Origin: Rhodospirillales bacterium
GTDB taxonomy: Bacteria; Pseudomonadota; Alphaproteobacteria; Rhodospirillales; JASLLZ01
DNA length: 64,000 bases
NCBI GenBank assembly: GCA_030754885.1
Contig: JASLZL010000106.1
Coordinates: 1,012-65,011, forward strand
Direction of reading: 5' to 3'
The position numbers were made by a program, and so were the translations under genes. Each line of letters opens with the position of its first letter. Within the stretch, counting starts at the first letter, position 1. The notes beneath the pieces are model-generated. The model worked only from the letters and a program-made list of their open reading frames with translations, was not told where the DNA came from and made no database searches. Shown in pieces: positions 18,140 through 26,500 of this stretch.

Positions 18140-19246
18140 TCAGTCGGCGCTGTCGAGATAGACCCGGTGGTAGCGCGACCCCAGTCCGGTCAGTATTTCG
18201 TAACCGATGGTGCCGGCCTCGGCGGCGACGGTATCGACGGGGTTGTGGGGGCCGATCAGGTCGACAAGGGCCCCCGGACAAGCCGCATCGACGGGTACGT
18301 CGGAAACATCCAGAGTGATAAGGTCCATGGAAACGCGTCCCACAATCGGCACCCGGATGTCTTCTATATAGCCATTGCCGGAATTGCTCAAGGACCGCAA
18401 ATATCCGTCGGCATAACCAACGCCGACAGTGGCGACGCGCCCCCGCCGCACCACGCGGTGGCTCGCACCATAACCAACGGTCTGGGGCCTGTCAACGTCA
18501 CGTACTTGCAGGATTTTCCCTTGTAAACGAACGACTTGGGCCATGGGATTGGTCTCGCCGGGACGCGGTCCGACGCCGTATAGTGCAACCCCCGGGCGGG
18601 CCAAGTCGAAGTGATATTCGGGGCCCAGGAATATCCCTGATGAGTTGGCGAAGGAGGCATGGACATCCTTAAACGGCTGGCGGACACGGAGGAAGTCCGT
18701 CAGTTGTTGGTGGTTAAGGGGATGATCGGCCTCGTCGGCACAGGCCAGGTGGCTCATCAGAAAAGTGAGCTTGATACCGTCGAGGCGCTCGGGCTCGCGG
18801 ATCAGGGTTTCGGTTTCGTCGGGCGGCAGGCCAAGGCGTGCCATGCCGGTATCGATGTGCACGTCGGCGGTCAGAGGTGCGCCATGGGTGCGGGCCAAAT
18901 CACCCCAGGACTCGATATCGCCCAGACTGTTCAAAACCGGGACCAATTGGTGGTCGATCAACGTCTTCCCGCTTCCCGGAACGGGCCCGTTGAGCACATG
19001 GATCGTCGCATTGGGGAGAACCCGTCGCACGGCCACCCCTTCGCCGACATGGGCGACGAAGAAAGTTTTGCATCCAGCCCGGGCCAGAGCCGGCGCCACC
19101 CGGTCGGCGCCAAGACCGTAAGCGTCGGCTTTGACCACCGCGGCGCATTCGGCGCCGGCCAGCATGCCTCTCAATAGCAGCCAATTGGCGACGATGGCAT
19201 TCAAGTCGATGGTAAGGACGGCGCCGGTGTGATCGGACTCGGGCAT
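18140..19246 (-). CDS. alr: Alanine racemase
   Basis: Track ORF extends into dnaB. ATG at 19246 (MPESDHTGAVLTIDL). PLP-lysine motif AVVKADAYGLG. C-terminal YEILTGLG. Confidence 0.9.
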   Translation of the reverse strand: MPESDHTGAVLTIDLNAIVANWLLLRGMLAGAECAAVVKADAYGLGADRVAPALARAGCKTFFVAHVGEGVAVRRVLPNATIHVLNGPVPGSGKTLIDHQLVPVLNSLGDIESWGDLARTHGAPLTADVHIDTGMARLGLPPDETETLIREPERLDGIKLTFLMSHLACADEADHPLNHQQLTDFLRVRQPFKDVHASFANSSGIFLGPEYHFDLARPGVALYGVGPRPGETNPMAQVVRLQGKILQVRDVDRPQTVGYGASHRVVRRGRVATVGVGYADGYLRSLSNSGNGYIEDIRVPIVGRVSMDLITLDVSDVPVDAACPGALVDLIGPHNPVDTVAAEAGTIGYEILTGLGSRYHRVYLDSAD

Positions 19247-19254
19247 GGATGGCT

Positions 19255-20760
19255 TCAGGCCTCGGGGTCGTGCCGGGTATCCAGGTCCCCGAAGCGCGTA
19301 AAGGCGCCCTCGAAGAATAGGGTGACGTTGCCGGTCGGACCGTGGCGTTGCTTCGCGACAAGGACCTCGGCCTTGTTTTTGACGGCATCGCGGCGCAATT
19401 CCCACCGACCATAGCGCTCGTGGAAATAATCTTCCTTCTCATCGATGCGTTGCGATGGTTGATCGCGCTCGAGATAGTATTCCTCGCGGAAAATAAACAT
19501 GACCACATCGGCGTCCTGCTCGATGGTTCCCGAATCGCGTAAGTCGGCCAATTGCGGACGCTTGTTGTCGCGTTGCTCGACGGCGCGCGAAAGCTGTGAC
19601 AGGGCCAGCACGGGAACGTCCAATTCCTTGGCCAGGGTCTTGAGACCACGGGTGATCTCTGAGATCTCCTGGACCCGCCCGTCGTTGCGGCTGCCCGGCC
19701 CCGGGCTCATGAGCTGCAGGTAATCAACCACGATCAGGCCAAGTTTTTCCGTGCGCTTGAGCCGGCGGGCGCGGGTTCGCAACTGGGCCACCGAGAGGGC
19801 TGGCGAATCGTCGATAAAGATGGGGGTGGAGTAAAGTTCCTGGCTGCCGACTGCCAGGCGGTTAAACTCATCGTTGGTAAGCTCGCCCTTGCGCATGCGG
19901 TCGGACGAAATGTTGGTCTGCTCGGAAATGATGCGGCTGGCCAGTTGTTCAGCCGACATTTCCAGCGAGAAAAACCCGACGACGGCTCCGTCGTCGGCCT
20001 TGGTTCTTCGATTGGTGTAGGCGGCGTTGAATGCGATATTTGTGGCCAGGGCGGTCTTGCCCATCGACGGCCGTCCGGCCAGGATTACCAGGTCGGAACG
20101 GTGCAGGCCGCCGAGCAAGGTGTCGAGATCGCGTAAACCCGTGGGGACGCCGCTAAGGCGACCTTCACGCTTGTGGGCCGCCTCGGCCATTTGGATGGCG
20201 TCGAGCAAGGTGTCCTTGAAGGGCCGAAAACCACCTTCGAATTCTCCGGTGGCGGCCAGCTCAAAAAGACGGTGTTCGGTCTTCTCGATCTGCTGGTCGG
20301 CGGTCTCGTCGACTTCGGCACCGAAGGCGTCATTGACGACGTCCTGGCCAAGGGCGATGAGCTGGCGCTTGAGATAGAGATCATGGAGGAGGCGGCCATA
20401 TTCGCCGGCGTTTATGACGGTGGCCGCCGAGGCGGCAAGGTCGGCGAGATAAGCCGCACCGCCGATGTCGAGCAGGCCTTCGTCCTGTTCGAACAGAATT
20501 TTCAAGGTCACCGGGTCGGCGATCTGGCCACGCTCAATGAGGCGTGCGCAAGCCTCGAAGATGCGCCCGTTCTGGGCCACGAAAAAGTGCTGCGACTGCA
20601 GGAAATCGGTAACCTTCTCATACGCCCGGTTGTCGATGAAGATGGCGCCCAGCAAGGCTTTTTCGGCCTCGATGTTGTGGGGTTGAGAGCGGAAAACAGA
20701 ACCGCTGATATCGTCGTTGGATGACGAGACGGTAGGGGTGGAGGTCAATGCGGTTGCCAT
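19255..20760 (-). CDS. dnaB: Replicative DNA helicase
   Basis: 501 aa. PHNIEAEKALLGAIF, Walker A GRPSMGKTA. Full-length DnaB architecture, no intein. Confidence 0.95.
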   Translation of the reverse strand: MATALTSTPTVSSSNDDISGSVFRSQPHNIEAEKALLGAIFIDNRAYEKVTDFLQSQHFFVAQNGRIFEACARLIERGQIADPVTLKILFEQDEGLLDIGGAAYLADLAASAATVINAGEYGRLLHDLYLKRQLIALGQDVVNDAFGAEVDETADQQIEKTEHRLFELAATGEFEGGFRPFKDTLLDAIQMAEAAHKREGRLSGVPTGLRDLDTLLGGLHRSDLVILAGRPSMGKTALATNIAFNAAYTNRRTKADDGAVVGFFSLEMSAEQLASRIISEQTNISSDRMRKGELTNDEFNRLAVGSQELYSTPIFIDDSPALSVAQLRTRARRLKRTEKLGLIVVDYLQLMSPGPGSRNDGRVQEISEITRGLKTLAKELDVPVLALSQLSRAVEQRDNKRPQLADLRDSGTIEQDADVVMFIFREEYYLERDQPSQRIDEKEDYFHERYGRWELRRDAVKNKAEVLVAKQRHGPTGNVTLFFEGAFTRFGDLDTRHDPEA

Positions 20761-20872
20761 CGGCGCAACGTAACGAAGTGCACTTGAGGCGCAAGCCTAA
20801 TTCAATGCACAGCCCTGTGGAACACGGGTGTAAGAAGAAGACACGCCCGATTTTCTGGCCGTCCGTTTCGCC

Positions 20873-21350
20873 TTAGGCCGAGCGCAGGCGGCTTCGGGGA
20901 TGGTTTCCTCCGACGCGGCCGCGATGCCAACCGTTGACGTAATCGCAGGTCAGAGGCACGGCGTCCCGACGCTTGGCCAATTGGATCTGAAAGACGAGGC
21001 TGTCGAGGTGACGGAAAGAGACCTCGCTGACCGCCAGGTAGTACTACCACATGCGACAGAAGCGCTCGTCGTAGAGGGCTTTGGCCTTCCTGCGATTGGC
21101 AAGAAATCGGCGCCGCTAATGGCCAAGCGTCTCGGCGTAGGGCAGACGCAAGACTTCTAAGTCTGTAACCCATAGTATAGCCTTCTCGACGAGTGGAGAT
21201 GCTTCCGAAAGGGCGGGAGTGTAGGCGCTCGGAAAATCGTGTTTGCGAAGCCAGGTAGTGATCGAGCTTGGACCTTTGTACAGGCTAATACCGTGCTATC
21301 GACATATATTTGTTATACCCATCTCCTTGGTTAATGCCGGGACGGCGCCA
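20873..21350 (-). pseudogene. 3' remnant of a cyclopropane-fatty-acyl-phospholipid synthase-type SAM methyltransferase (disrupted)
   Basis: Minus-strand frame reads ...HGISLYKGPSSITTWLRKHDFPSAYTPALSE..LWVTDLEVLRLPYAETLGH*RRRFLANRRKAKALYDERFCRMW*YYLAVSEVSFRHLDSLVFQIQLAKRRDAVPLTCDYV. This is colinear with the CFA-synthase C-terminal region (W..KYIFPGG..P......HYA.TL..W..RF......YDERF.RMW.YYL...E..F......FQ.QL.K). In-frame TAG codons at 21296-98, 21116-18 and 21054-56. The N-terminal ~250 aa are absent. Confidence 0.7.
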
Positions 21351-21361
21351 TCGCTTCATCG

Positions 21362-22228
21362 TCAGATTATGCCCAGTTCGCCAGCGAATTGCACACTTCC
21401 AATAAGCGCGGCCAGCCAGCCGCCGAAGACGCTGACAAAATTCACCTTTTTCTGACGTCTGACGGAAATCTTTAGGAACCGCGAAAGGAACTCCAGATAG
21501 GTGCTCAGCAACAAGGCGCCGAGCCAGATGAGGGTAGGAACAAAGCTGGAAACGGCGATTAAGAATTTTCCAGGAATGCTCTCCGACTGCTGCTCGCCGC
21601 CGACCACCGAGGAATAAGGGTGGAAGGTGTTGTCCCAGGTCATGATGTCGCCCAGTTTGCCGAAGACGGCCAGTAGTTCCTGGTGGACTTGAAACAGGAA
21701 CGCCAAGTTGGTTGTAAACACCACCGCAGCGGCGATCAGCGAGGCGACAGCGGCGTCCTTCAGGATGCCCGCCCACAGCAACAGAAGCGATACGTGGCGT
21801 CCGGCCTCGAAGCGTTCCTTCACGTGCCGCGAAAGTCTGGAGATGATCCGAAGTGTTATCCGCAAGCTGATGTAGTCGCCGAAAATATTCGGCCAAAGCC
21901 AAATTTGTAAGGCGATCACTAGCCCCGACGTCGTGCGGGCGGGAAACATACCTTCCGGCTGATACATGATGGCGGCGGTCGGTAGGATGACCCAATAGGC
22001 CAGCGCGATGACTAAAACCCCCTGGGTGTTCCAACGGCCGCCGCCGAGGATTTTCTTGATAATCCGCAGGGGTCCGTTCAGGAGTTGGAGAATGAAACCG
22101 TTGAGTTGTTTGTTCGCCGTTGGATAGGTCTCTGCCTTCAGGGCACCAAACAGACTGGCCGTCATGGCGATCAGCACGATCAGGCAGATGAGGAACACCA
22201 CCCATTTGATAACAATTCCCAATTCCAT
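21362..22228 (-). CDS. Hypothetical polytopic membrane protein (orphan, no family recognised)
   Basis: Track ORF starts with GTG at 22237; ATG at 22228 follows GGTGAGG. About 6-7 hydrophobic helices (e.g. IVIKWVVFLICLIVLIAMTASLF, VLVIALAYWVILPTAAI, FLIAVSSFVPTLIWLGALLLS). The codon pattern looks coding, whereas the overlapping 306-aa alternate frame is Arg/Pro/Gly-rich shadow. Visibly lower GC than the flanks. Confidence 0.55.
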   Translation of the reverse strand: MELGIVIKWVVFLICLIVLIAMTASLFGALKAETYPTANKQLNGFILQLLNGPLRIIKKILGGGRWNTQGVLVIALAYWVILPTAAIMYQPEGMFPARTTSGLVIALQIWLWPNIFGDYISLRITLRIISRLSRHVKERFEAGRHVSLLLLWAGILKDAAVASLIAAAVVFTTNLAFLFQVHQELLAVFGKLGDIMTWDNTFHPYSSVVGGEQQSESIPGKFLIAVSSFVPTLIWLGALLLSTYLEFLSRFLKISVRRQKKVNFVSVFGGWLAALIGSVQFAGELGII

Positions 22229-22439
22229 GGACCTCACCCTATCCGGCGGAATGCATGGCTTGCCATCCCCATCAACTCGAATTTCCCATTTGGACTCCGC
22301 TCAGTAGCTTGAGGTTGATTCGAAGTCGTCCGACATACAAGGGGCTCCCCTCCCGGGGTCATTAACTTGCCGCTCCCACGCGATGAAGGTCCAATTAGCG
22401 GCAGTGGTGGACGAAACTGATTCTTGGGTCGTTTTCCGG

Positions 22440-22745
22440 ACGCGCAGTCTCGTCGTTGCCGCGCATACCGGGGCCGGCGTCTCGGTCTGAGCCGGTTGAC
22501 GGGGCGCCGGGTATTGGCGATCAATATAATGAAGACCGCGTCCTCGGCTATCTGGAAGGTGACCAGGAGTCCGTAGCAGACAACCTTTGCGCCGATCTTG
22601 ATGAGCCCTTCCTGCAAGGTTGTTGTGGACTCTCGTTCCACTGCATCAGGTGGCGTAAAAAGCGTCCAAGCAAGAACATCGTTCTCCCCTATACGCTCTT
22701 CCTTTCCGTGGTCGCGACCACGGGTTCGCAGCCTAATCGGCGGTC
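22440..22745 (-). mobile_element. Degenerate 3' fragment of a DDE transposase (IS1380-like/IS4-superfamily C-terminus)
   Basis: The minus strand reads CEPVVATTERKSV*GRTMFLLGRFLRHL, then after a frameshift PDAVERESTTTLQEGLIKIGAKVVCYGLLVTFQIAEDAVF...RLRP. This resembles the conserved C-terminus ...SC.RF.AN..RL......YNLGNFLRRL.LP.AV..WSLTTLREKLIKIGAKVV.H.RYV.FQ.AEVAV...F...L..I..LRP. It has one stop and one frameshift, and the catalytic N-terminal part is missing. The family name is from memory. Confidence 0.45.
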
Positions 22746-22807
22746 CTTGGACTCGAGTCTATCAAAAAATAGGGGAGGAGAGTAGTGGGGCAGGCGGTGG
22801 CCGGGCG

Positions 22808-23467
22808 CTATTCGGTCTTTTTCTCTTTCTCGCCCGCTTCTTCGTCGCCGGTGCCTGATTCTTCTTCAGTCTCGGTGGGGGCCCCGTCTTCGGCCTTCTT
22901 GGTCTCTTCTGTCTCCTCGCTCTCCTTGACATCCGTCTTGGCGGGAGCGGCTCGGGTGCTTTCTTCCTCGTCGGCGTGGATGAGGGCCTTGCCGGTCCGG
23001 GCCTGGATCTCGGCTTCTTCTTGGGTGCGGGCGACATTGGTGATGATGTCGACCGAGACTTCCGGATGCAAATCGATGCGTACCGGATGAATACCGATAA
23101 GCTTGATCGGCCGTTGCAGGCGGACCTGCTGACGGGTGACGATACACCCGGCCTCGCACACCGCATCGGCAATGTCGCGGGCATTGGCCGAACCATAAAG
23201 CTGGCCTGCCTCGCCGGCCTGACGTACCAGGACGATCGAAAGGCCTTCGATCTTCTTCGCCACCGCTTCGGCCTCTTTGCGGCCTTCCAGATTGTCGGCC
23301 TCCAACTGGGTCCGTTGTTGTTCGAAGGTGCGGCGGTTTTCCTCCGTCGCCCTGAGCGCCTTGCCTCGAGGCAATAAGTAGTTGCGCGCGAAACCCGGCT
23401 TGACGCTGACCACGTCGCCCATCTGACCCAGGTTTTCGATGCGTTCCAACAGGATGATCTCCATCAC
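22808..23467 (-). CDS. rplI: 50S ribosomal protein L9 with acidic C-terminal extension
   Basis: [36 protein letters not shown] is the canonical L9 N-terminus. 219 aa with an E/D/K/T-rich tail (...[18 protein letters not shown]). Confidence 0.9.
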   Translation of the reverse strand: MMEIILLERIENLGQMGDVVSVKPGFARNYLLPRGKALRATEENRRTFEQQRTQLEADNLEGRKEAEAVAKKIEGLSIVLVRQAGEAGQLYGSANARDIADAVCEAGCIVTRQQVRLQRPIKLIGIHPVRIDLHPEVSVDIITNVARTQEEAEIQARTGKALIHADEEESTRAAPAKTDVKESEETEETKKAEDGAPTETEEESGTGDEEAGEKEKKTE

Positions 23468-24423
23468 TCGTCCCCTTGTCTCTTGTTCGGCCCGGCAAAT
23501 CTATAACGAAGTCCGACCCATTGTTCGATCATGCCGATGCCGGCGGCGGCGCCGGCTGCCCAATTGGAAAAGATCAGCATGAAATAGATTACCACTAACA
23601 GCGACCCCGAGAACGAAACGCGGCTAACCAACGTGTGCACGACGGCCATTCCCAGGAAGAAAAAGGGCACCGCTGAAATAAGAGCGAGGTTGCGACCCGT
23701 ATACTGCCATTCCCCCAGTCCCAACAGAGCCATTGCCGCCGATGCGACCAGCAGCCACGACATCCAATCGGGTAACACAAGGTCGGCGAGCCTGGGGCTC
23801 GGCCTCAAATTTCGTCCGGCGCGTACCAAGATGCCCTGTGCCAAGGCTCCGTTTACCGCCGTCATCAGAATCCACGACGCGCCGACCATGCCCGGGAACA
23901 GCGGAATCATATGCGCCACCAACTCACCGCGCTTCGCACTTGAGACATGCGGCAGCATGGTCGCCAGGACTTGATCGAGAAATTCGGAGATGGCCGCTAC
24001 AACCCCGCTTCCGGCGCTCCATGCCAGGAAAGCAGCTGCCGTGAACAGGCCGGCGGCCAAGGCGGTAAGCCAGCAGAGCGTGAAGCCGGCCGGGTACCAG
24101 GCCCGGGTCCCGTCGGAAAGGGTACGTTGGGATAACATCGTGCGCACCACCACCAAGGCGGGCACGGCGTTGACCAGGGCGTAGAGGCCGGCTGTCACCA
24201 TGCCGCCCAAGGCAATGGTGGCAAGAAAGCCGGCGCCACCGGCCACGGTGCCGGCAGAAACGCCGAACCCCAGCCCGACCAAGAGCACGGGCAAGGGCGC
24301 CAGATAGGCAAGAAACAGCGCCCCTGGCGTTCCGGTCAGGAAGGCCAGCGCCACGACGGCGCTCAAGCCGCCGCCGAGAAGGGCGATCAGCATATGTTTG
24401 GACAAACCGTTCTCCCGGTCCAT
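23464..24423 (-). CDS. DUF2232-like integral membrane protein (conserved rpsR-rplI intervening gene)
   Basis: Track ORF extends over rpsR. ATG at 24423 ([29 protein letters not shown]). Multi-pass membrane protein. The stop overlaps the rplI ATG (ATGA). The family name is from positional memory, not a search. Confidence 0.65.
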   Translation of the reverse strand: MDRENGLSKHMLIALLGGGLSAVVALAFLTGTPGALFLAYLAPLPVLLVGLGFGVSAGTVAGGAGFLATIALGGMVTAGLYALVNAVPALVVVRTMLSQRTLSDGTRAWYPAGFTLCWLTALAAGLFTAAAFLAWSAGSGVVAAISEFLDQVLATMLPHVSSAKRGELVAHMIPLFPGMVGASWILMTAVNGALAQGILVRAGRNLRPSPRLADLVLPDWMSWLLVASAAMALLGLGEWQYTGRNLALISAVPFFFLGMAVVHTLVSRVSFSGSLLVVIYFMLIFSNWAAGAAAGIGMIEQWVGLRYRFAGPNKRQGDE

Positions 24424-24467
24424 ACCCGGAGTCCGCCACGCATCCGCGACGGCGCGCCGGGTGCGCA

Positions 24468-24713
24468 CTATTTCAGCACGTAGGGCATCAGCGCCAAGTA
24501 GCGGGCGCGCTTGATAGCCCGCGCCAATTCGTGTTGCTTCTTGCTCGACACAGCCGTGATGCGGCTGGGCACAATCTTGCCGCGTTCGGACGTGAAGCGT
24601 TGCAGCAACCTTACGTCTTTGTAGTCGATTTTTGGGGCGTCTTTCCCGGAAAACGGACAGGACTTCCGGCGCCGGAAGAACGACCGCTTCGCGCCGCCCT
24701 GTGGGGCTCTCAT
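24468..24713 (-). CDS. rpsR: 30S ribosomal protein S18
   Basis: 81 aa. [12 protein letters not shown]...[24 protein letters not shown]. The ATG overlaps the rpsF stop (ATGA). Confidence 0.95.
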   Translation of the reverse strand: MRAPQGGAKRSFFRRRKSCPFSGKDAPKIDYKDVRLLQRFTSERGKIVPSRITAVSSKKQHELARAIKRARYLALMPYVLK

Positions 24714-25312
24714 GTCTCGCCTCCATCCGTCGTCTTGGTGGTGTCGGTGTCGTCGCCGGTGCTGGTCTTCGCCGGCTCGGCATCTTTGTCTGTATCGGTT
24801 TTTGCCGCTACGGCATCTGTATCGGCTTTTGCCGCTACAGCACCTGAATCGGCTTTTTCCGCTACGGCATCTGTACCGGTATCGGCCTGCGGTGCATCTT
24901 CACGATTGTGTCGACCGTGGCCGCCGTCGCGTCTTGGTCGGTCATCGCGGCCCGGTCGGTTATCGCGTCCCGGCCGATCGTCGCGTCCCGGTCCGCGCTG
25001 CATCATCACCGAGGGGCCTTCCTCGATTTCGTCCACCTTAACGGTCAGGTAGCGTAGCACGTCTTCGTTGAGACGCATGCGGCGCTCCATCTCCAAGATG
25101 GCGGACGATGGACCGTCGATACCGTAGAGGACGTAATGGCCCTTGCGGTTCTTGCGGATCTTGTAGGCCAGGGACCGCAGTCCCCAGTATTCCATCTTGA
25201 CGACCTTGGCGCCTTGTTCTTCGATCAGCTTGGTGAGTTCCTCGGTCAGGGAATCGACCTGCGGCGCGGAGATATCTTGGCGTGCAATGAACACGCTCTC
25301 GTAGAGGGGCAT
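24710..25312 (-). CDS. rpsF: 30S ribosomal protein S6 with a ~95-aa repetitive C-terminal extension
   Basis: ATG at 25312 ([19 protein letters not shown]...[21 protein letters not shown]). The track ORF to 25429 is a 5' over-extension. 200 aa in total. Confidence 0.9.
   Translation of the reverse strand: MPLYESVFIARQDISAPQVDSLTEELTKLIEEQGAKVVKMEYWGLRSLAYKIRKNRKGHYVLYGIDGPSSAILEMERRMRLNEDVLRYLTVKVDEIEEGPSVMMQRGPGRDDRPGRDNRPGRDDRPRRDGGHGRHNREDAPQADTGTDAVAEKADSGAVAAKADTDAVAAKTDTDKDAEPAKTSTGDDTDTTKTTDGGET
24781..24892 (-). repeat. Coding tandem repeat (27-bp unit, ~4 copies) inside the rpsF 3' extension
   Basis: Units: catctgtatcggcttttgccgctacag / cacctgaatcggctttttccgctacgg, with flanking degenerate copies. 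They encode 9-aa repeats TDAVAEKAD / SGAVAAKAD / TDAVAAKTD. Confidence 0.8.
24939..24992 (-). repeat. Coding tandem repeat (18-bp unit x3) inside rpsF
   Basis: Units: cggtcatcgcggcccggt / cggttatcgcgtcccggc / cgatcgtcgcgtcccggt. They encode [18 protein letters not shown]. Confidence 0.8.
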
Positions 25313-25519
25313 CTTGGTCTCCCTTAGGCTTTTCTCAACCCGCCGGCACGACCAACCGCTGGTCGCCTCATCGCGGGCATAGCCAGGCATGGCCCGGCAA
25401 GGAGTTATGAGGGGGCGCACTATACACATATAGGATCGTCCCGCAAGCGCGCTTGCCCGGCACGGTTCATGACGTTATCACTTTCAGCTGGCTCGCTAAG
25501 CGGAAGCAAAAGGCGAAAT

Positions 25520-26464
25520 ATGGTTCGAGCATTCGTATTTCCGGGGCAAGGCGCACAGGCAGTGGGCATGGGCAAAGAACTGGCCCAGGCCTTCCGCGAC
25601 GCGCGCGATGTGTTCGAAGAAGTGGACGAGGCGTTGAAACAAAACCTGATGCGCCTGATGTTCGAAGGTCCTGAAGACGAATTGACACTGACCGAGAACG
25701 CCCAGCCGGCTCTCATGGCCATGAGCCTGGCGGTGATGCGTGTCTTGGCGCGCCAGGGCAATGTCGAGGTGGCCGAAGCCTGCCAATTCGTCGCCGGCCA
25801 TTCGCTCGGCGAATATTCGGCTTTGGCCGCCGCCGGCGGACTCGCCGTCGGCGAAGCCGCGGTACTGCTCAAGCGCCGCGGGCTGGCGATGCAGGACGCC
25901 GTGTCCGTGGGCGAGGGGGCCATGGCGGCGCTTTTGGGGTTAGACGTGGACGAAGTCGGTGCCGTCGTCGCGGAGGCCGCCCAAGGCGATGTCTGCGAGA
26001 CCGCCAACGACAATGCGCCGGGACAGGTGGTGGTGAGCGGCAGCCGGACCGCCGTCGAACGGGCCGTTGCCCTGGCCGGAGAGCGAGGTGCCAGGAAATG
26101 TGTCATGTTGCCCGTCAGCGCTCCATTCCATTGCGCCTTGATGGCTCCGGCAGCCGAAGTCATGGAAGATGCCTTATCCGACGCCGCTCTTCAAACACCG
26201 TTGGTGCCCCTAATTTCCAACGTAAGCGCCGAGGCGGTGAGCGATGCGGACGCAATCCGCCGTCTTCTGGTTGAACAGGTGACCGCCATGGTGCGTTGGC
26301 GCGAAAGCGTCCTTTACATGAAGGAAAGCGGTGTCGAGGAATTGGTGGAAATCGGTGTTGGGGCCGTGCTGACGGGGCTGGCACGGCGTATCGACCGCGA
26401 CCTTTCGCGCTTTACCGTTGGAACGCCTGACGGGATCGAATCCTTTCTCGATACTCTTCGATGA
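25520..26464 (+). CDS. fabD: Malonyl-CoA:ACP transacylase
   Basis: ATG at 25520 (MVRAFVFPGQGAQ). Active site GHSLGEYSAL. Confidence 0.95.
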   Translation: MVRAFVFPGQGAQAVGMGKELAQAFRDARDVFEEVDEALKQNLMRLMFEGPEDELTLTENAQPALMAMSLAVMRVLARQGNVEVAEACQFVAGHSLGEYSALAAAGGLAVGEAAVLLKRRGLAMQDAVSVGEGAMAALLGLDVDEVGAVVAEAAQGDVCETANDNAPGQVVVSGSRTAVERAVALAGERGARKCVMLPVSAPFHCALMAPAAEVMEDALSDAALQTPLVPLISNVSAEAVSDADAIRRLLVEQVTAMVRWRESVLYMKESGVEELVEIGVGAVLTGLARRIDRDLSRFTVGTPDGIESFLDTLR

Positions 26465-26500
26465 GACAGTTCGAATCTTTGCAAACTTATGGAGGTCCTC

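Noticed and set aside
20761-20872. DnaA-box-like sequence (cctgtggaaca) upstream of dnaB
   Set aside because: It matches only about 7 of 9 positions of TGTGGATAA and occurs once. This is not enough to claim a DnaA-regulated promoter or an origin.
21285-22205. 306-aa ORF overlapping the orphan membrane-protein ORF in another frame
   Set aside because: Its composition is Arg/Gly/Pro/His-rich with no hydrophobic or motif structure. The 21362-22228 frame has coherent TM helices and better codon periodicity.
22706-22723. Perfect 18-bp palindrome ccgtggtcgcgaccacgg downstream of rplI
   Set aside because: It lies inside the transposase-remnant reading frame (CEPVVATTE), has no adjacent T-run on either strand, and occurs only once in the window. 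This is insufficient to call a terminator or an IS end.
22456-22785. 109-aa plus-strand ORF in the rplI-proximal part of the decayed patch
   Set aside because: It is antisense to the transposase-remnant frame, which carries the recognisable LIKIGAKVV...FQIAE similarity. No motif of its own.
24781-24992. Regularly spaced short repeats that could superficially suggest a CRISPR-like array
   Set aside because: The units are contiguous (no spacers) and in-frame, and they lie inside the rpsF coding sequence. They are coding tandem repeats, not CRISPR.
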